Part shown: positions 62,770 through 64,000 of the stretch, in pieces
Numbering within the stretch: the stretch's first letter is position 1
Layout of the letters: the number at the start of each line of letters is the position of its first letter
Origin: Sminthopsis crassicaudata
Lineage: Eukaryota
DNA length: 64,000 nt
Direction of reading: 5' to 3'
Assembly: GCF_048593235.1 (NCBI RefSeq)
Contig: NC_133622.1
Location: forward strand, 177,754,001 to 177,818,000
Notes under the pieces: generated by a model
Database searches by the model: none
Told to the model about the DNA's origin: nothing
The model's input: the letters and a program-made list of their open reading frames with translations, nothing else
Position numbers and translations under genes: made by a program

Positions 62770-63200
62770 GGGGAATTATATTTCTCTTGTCTTGGTAAAG
62801 ATGCAGGGACTTTGTATGCAGAATCCCATTTCCATCATGTCTGTTCCATGCCTTCTCCTTTCTCCTGAAGTCATTACTGGTCTGCTCATAACTGCCAATA
62901 TATACATCTCCCACCTTGATGGTATTTTTTCCCTTCTAGTTTCTTTCTTATGCCTGAAATGCCCCCATCTTCTCCAGTCTTTCTTATTCAACTACTATTT
63001 CTGATAGCTTACCTGAGCCCTGTAGTATTTAGTCCTTAGTGTTCCATGGAAAATAATTTGAACTATTTATTTTAATTTTCTATGTATATGCTATTTTCCC
63101 CTCAAAAGAATGCAAGCTTTTTGTGGTTAGGGACTATTTAATTTTCATCTGAGTTTACGATAGCCCCTGGCTCATAAAAAATTATATTTTAAAGGTAAGC
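62770..63200 (+). mobile_element. L2 3' fragment
   Basis: ctgttccatgcc...gaatgcaagctttttgtggttagggactattt...gccctggctcataaaa. Confidence 0.55.
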
Positions 63201-63685
63201 AGCTTCCCCAGGGTCTCACTGCCTATACATACATGAGCTAAGACCTGAATTCAAGTTTTCCTGGAGTCAAGGCTAGCTCTCTATTATATCACATTGCTTC
63301 ATCACTCTTTAATGGAGTTTTCAGCAAATAAGTCTCTTCATATATAAAAGACATGGGTATACATACCCACACATATAAGAAAATGTTTGCCTGTGTGTGT
63401 CACATATATGTATATAGCTAAAAATGTATTTGCATTTTTCTCATATTTTGGTTGATTCTGAAAAGGGTTGCTTATATTTAATTATGCAAAATTTATCAAA
63501 CTGAACACAGTTTCCAGTTTTAAATAGTTACCTGAAAACTGGTGGAGTCTGTAATTACAGAACTCTTTGCCCAGAGATCTGCTAGACTGCTCCAACACTT
63601 TCTTTGGAATCTGTACCTCACCAACCCTATACTGTTCATCTTCCTGATAAGCATCAAGGAGTTTTTGCTAGATTTTCCTAATTTT

Positions 63686-63828
63686 TTTTTTTTTTTGCTG
63701 AGGCAATTGGGATTAAATATCTTGTCCAGGGTCACACAGCTAGGAACTGTTAAATAAGATCAGATTTGAACTCAGGTCTTCTTGATTTCAGGGCTAATGC
63801 TCTATCCACTGCACCACATAGCTGCCCC
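63686..63828 (-). mobile_element. WSINE1-type SINE with TSD
   Basis: T-tail, gagg caattggg, ctctatccactgcaccacatagctgcccc; ttcctaatttt flanks at 63675-63685 and 63835-63845. Confidence 0.88.
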
Positions 63829-64000
63829 AAGACCTTCCTAATTTTATCAGCTCCCCTGGCATCTAGCTAAGAGCAACAATCCATTTCATACTAATACTAC
63901 CCTTACAAGACCCATTCCACATTAAAAAGGTGAAAGATAAAATTGTGGCCAGGAACGTGCTGCTAATACATTTCCCAACTAGTTGCTATCTCTCAAATTT

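Larger units (their letters stand above)
32900..64000 (-). other. NRG1: Upstream region; inferred intron of NRG1 type I/II transcripts between the spacer exons and the type III exon
   Basis: Inferred from the known NRG1 exon order. No Ig or spacer exon was recognised in the window. Confidence 0.65.

Noticed and set aside
1734-63828. tRNA-like A/B boxes in SINE heads
   Set aside because: They are tRNA-derived SINE promoters, not tRNA genes. No rRNA, snRNA, snoRNA or miRNA gene was recognisable.
1-64000. Endogenous non-retroviral viral elements or processed pseudogenes
   Set aside because: No ORF or frame resembled filovirus, bornavirus or parvovirus proteins or a housekeeping gene. A tBLASTn screen would be needed to exclude highly decayed copies.

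Overview
This is AT-rich, CpG-depleted, repeat-rich marsupial DNA. WSINE1/MAR1-type SINEs, marsupial L1 3' ends and abundant L2/L3/MIR point to an Australian marsupial, probably a dasyurid such as the Tasmanian devil (inference). It has five N gaps. The window lies inside NRG1 (neuregulin 1, minus strand). The only coding exon I can support is the type III (SMDF / cysteine-rich-domain) first exon, CDS 32050->31393, with its CpG-island promoter and long 5' leader. I found no Ig, spacer or EGF exon. The rest is intronic, with SINEs, LINEs, two LTR-like elements and microsatellites. The most interesting signal is the type III 5' leader, which holds eight upstream ATGs in a ladder of five sequential uORFs. 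One encodes MVQVRALSFALGYWFT and looks peptide-conserved against my unverified recollection of the human leader. Another has a strong Kozak context and is in frame with the main ORF, separated from it by one TGA. This is a candidate translational-control cassette for a dose-sensitive myelination ligand. Human comparisons are from memory and need alignment. Repeat family names and boundaries are by eye and approximate.
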